Source: Selaginella moellendorffii (taxonomy: Eukaryota; Plantae; Lycopodiophyta). From it: 64,000 nt of DNA. Below, piece by piece: positions 63,654-64,000 of the stretch. The notes under the pieces were generated by a model. That model was not told the origin of the DNA and did not search any database. It saw nothing but the letters and a program-made list of their open reading frames with translations. Numbering within the stretch: the stretch's first letter is position 1; every line of letters begins with the position of its first letter. The stretch is taken from the NCBI RefSeq assembly GCF_000143415.4, contig NW_003314270.1, forward strand, positions 2,411,048 to 2,475,047. Reading direction: 5' to 3'. A program made the position numbers and the translations under genes.

Positions 63654-64000
63654 GGGTCTGGGAGACGAACGCTTTGGGCTTTCACCCTCTCAGGCTCCGG
63701 ACTCGAACTCGGACTCGGACTTGGACTCGGACTCGGATTCGGACTCAGACTCGGGCTCGGGCTCGGTCTCGGCCTCGGCCTCGGTCTCGGTCTCGGTCCT
63801 GATCTCGGTCTCAGTCTCGGTCTCGGTCTCGGTCCCGGTCTCAGTCTCGGTCCCGGTCTCGGTCTCGACTTCGGACTCCATCTCGGACTCCATCTCGGAC
63901 TCCATCTCGGGTCCATCTCGGGTCCATCTCGGACTCCATCTCGGACTCCATTTCGGGTCCATCTCGGGTCCACCTCGGACTCCATCTCGGACTCCATCTC

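Larger units (their letters stand above)
54602..64000 (-). mobile_element. Family A element A4 (runs off the window)
   Basis: 3' LTR 54602-55977. Interior 55978-60030 is co-linear with the A2 interior. Met PBS rc at 60016-60027. 5' LTR is 60031-60983 plus 63654-64000, split by an insertion. Confidence 0.9.

Overview
Repeat-dense eukaryotic (land-plant-like) DNA. The very short introns, Met-tRNA-primed LTR elements and a chromovirus suggest a lycophyte/bryophyte-type compact genome such as Selaginella; this is inference only. About 80% of the window is nested LTR retrotransposons. From 1742 to 28391 lies a decayed Ty3/Gypsy element (175-bp LTRs, tRNA-Ala-type PBS). It holds a mini solo LTR and a gag-only element. 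The gag-only element holds a non-coding LARD-like element (family A, TSD CTATT), which in turn holds a young family-A copy (TSD ACCGA) and a TRIM (TSD GCTAC). Next come a protease/RT-less chromovirus with 112-bp LTRs (TSD CGATT), a second non-coding LTR family (D), an intact 6-exon orphan gene (45153-47067), and a second nest (D > A > A). The last LTR of that nest is split by a 2.7-kb fragment carrying a Sola1-like DNA transposase. No element has an intact RT. Most long ORFs in the supplied track are artefacts of 6/12-bp tandem arrays in family-A LTRs. The most notable signals are: (i) a conserved run of back-to-back hairpins, two with tRNA T-loop-like GGTTCGAGTCC, inside the non-coding family-A internal domain; (ii) two copies of an AT-rich ORF resembling a small bacterial/fungal 'GDGGWINWAF' protein family; (iii) a promoter-like module shared across unrelated LTR families; (iv) several recombinant or cargo-capture structures.
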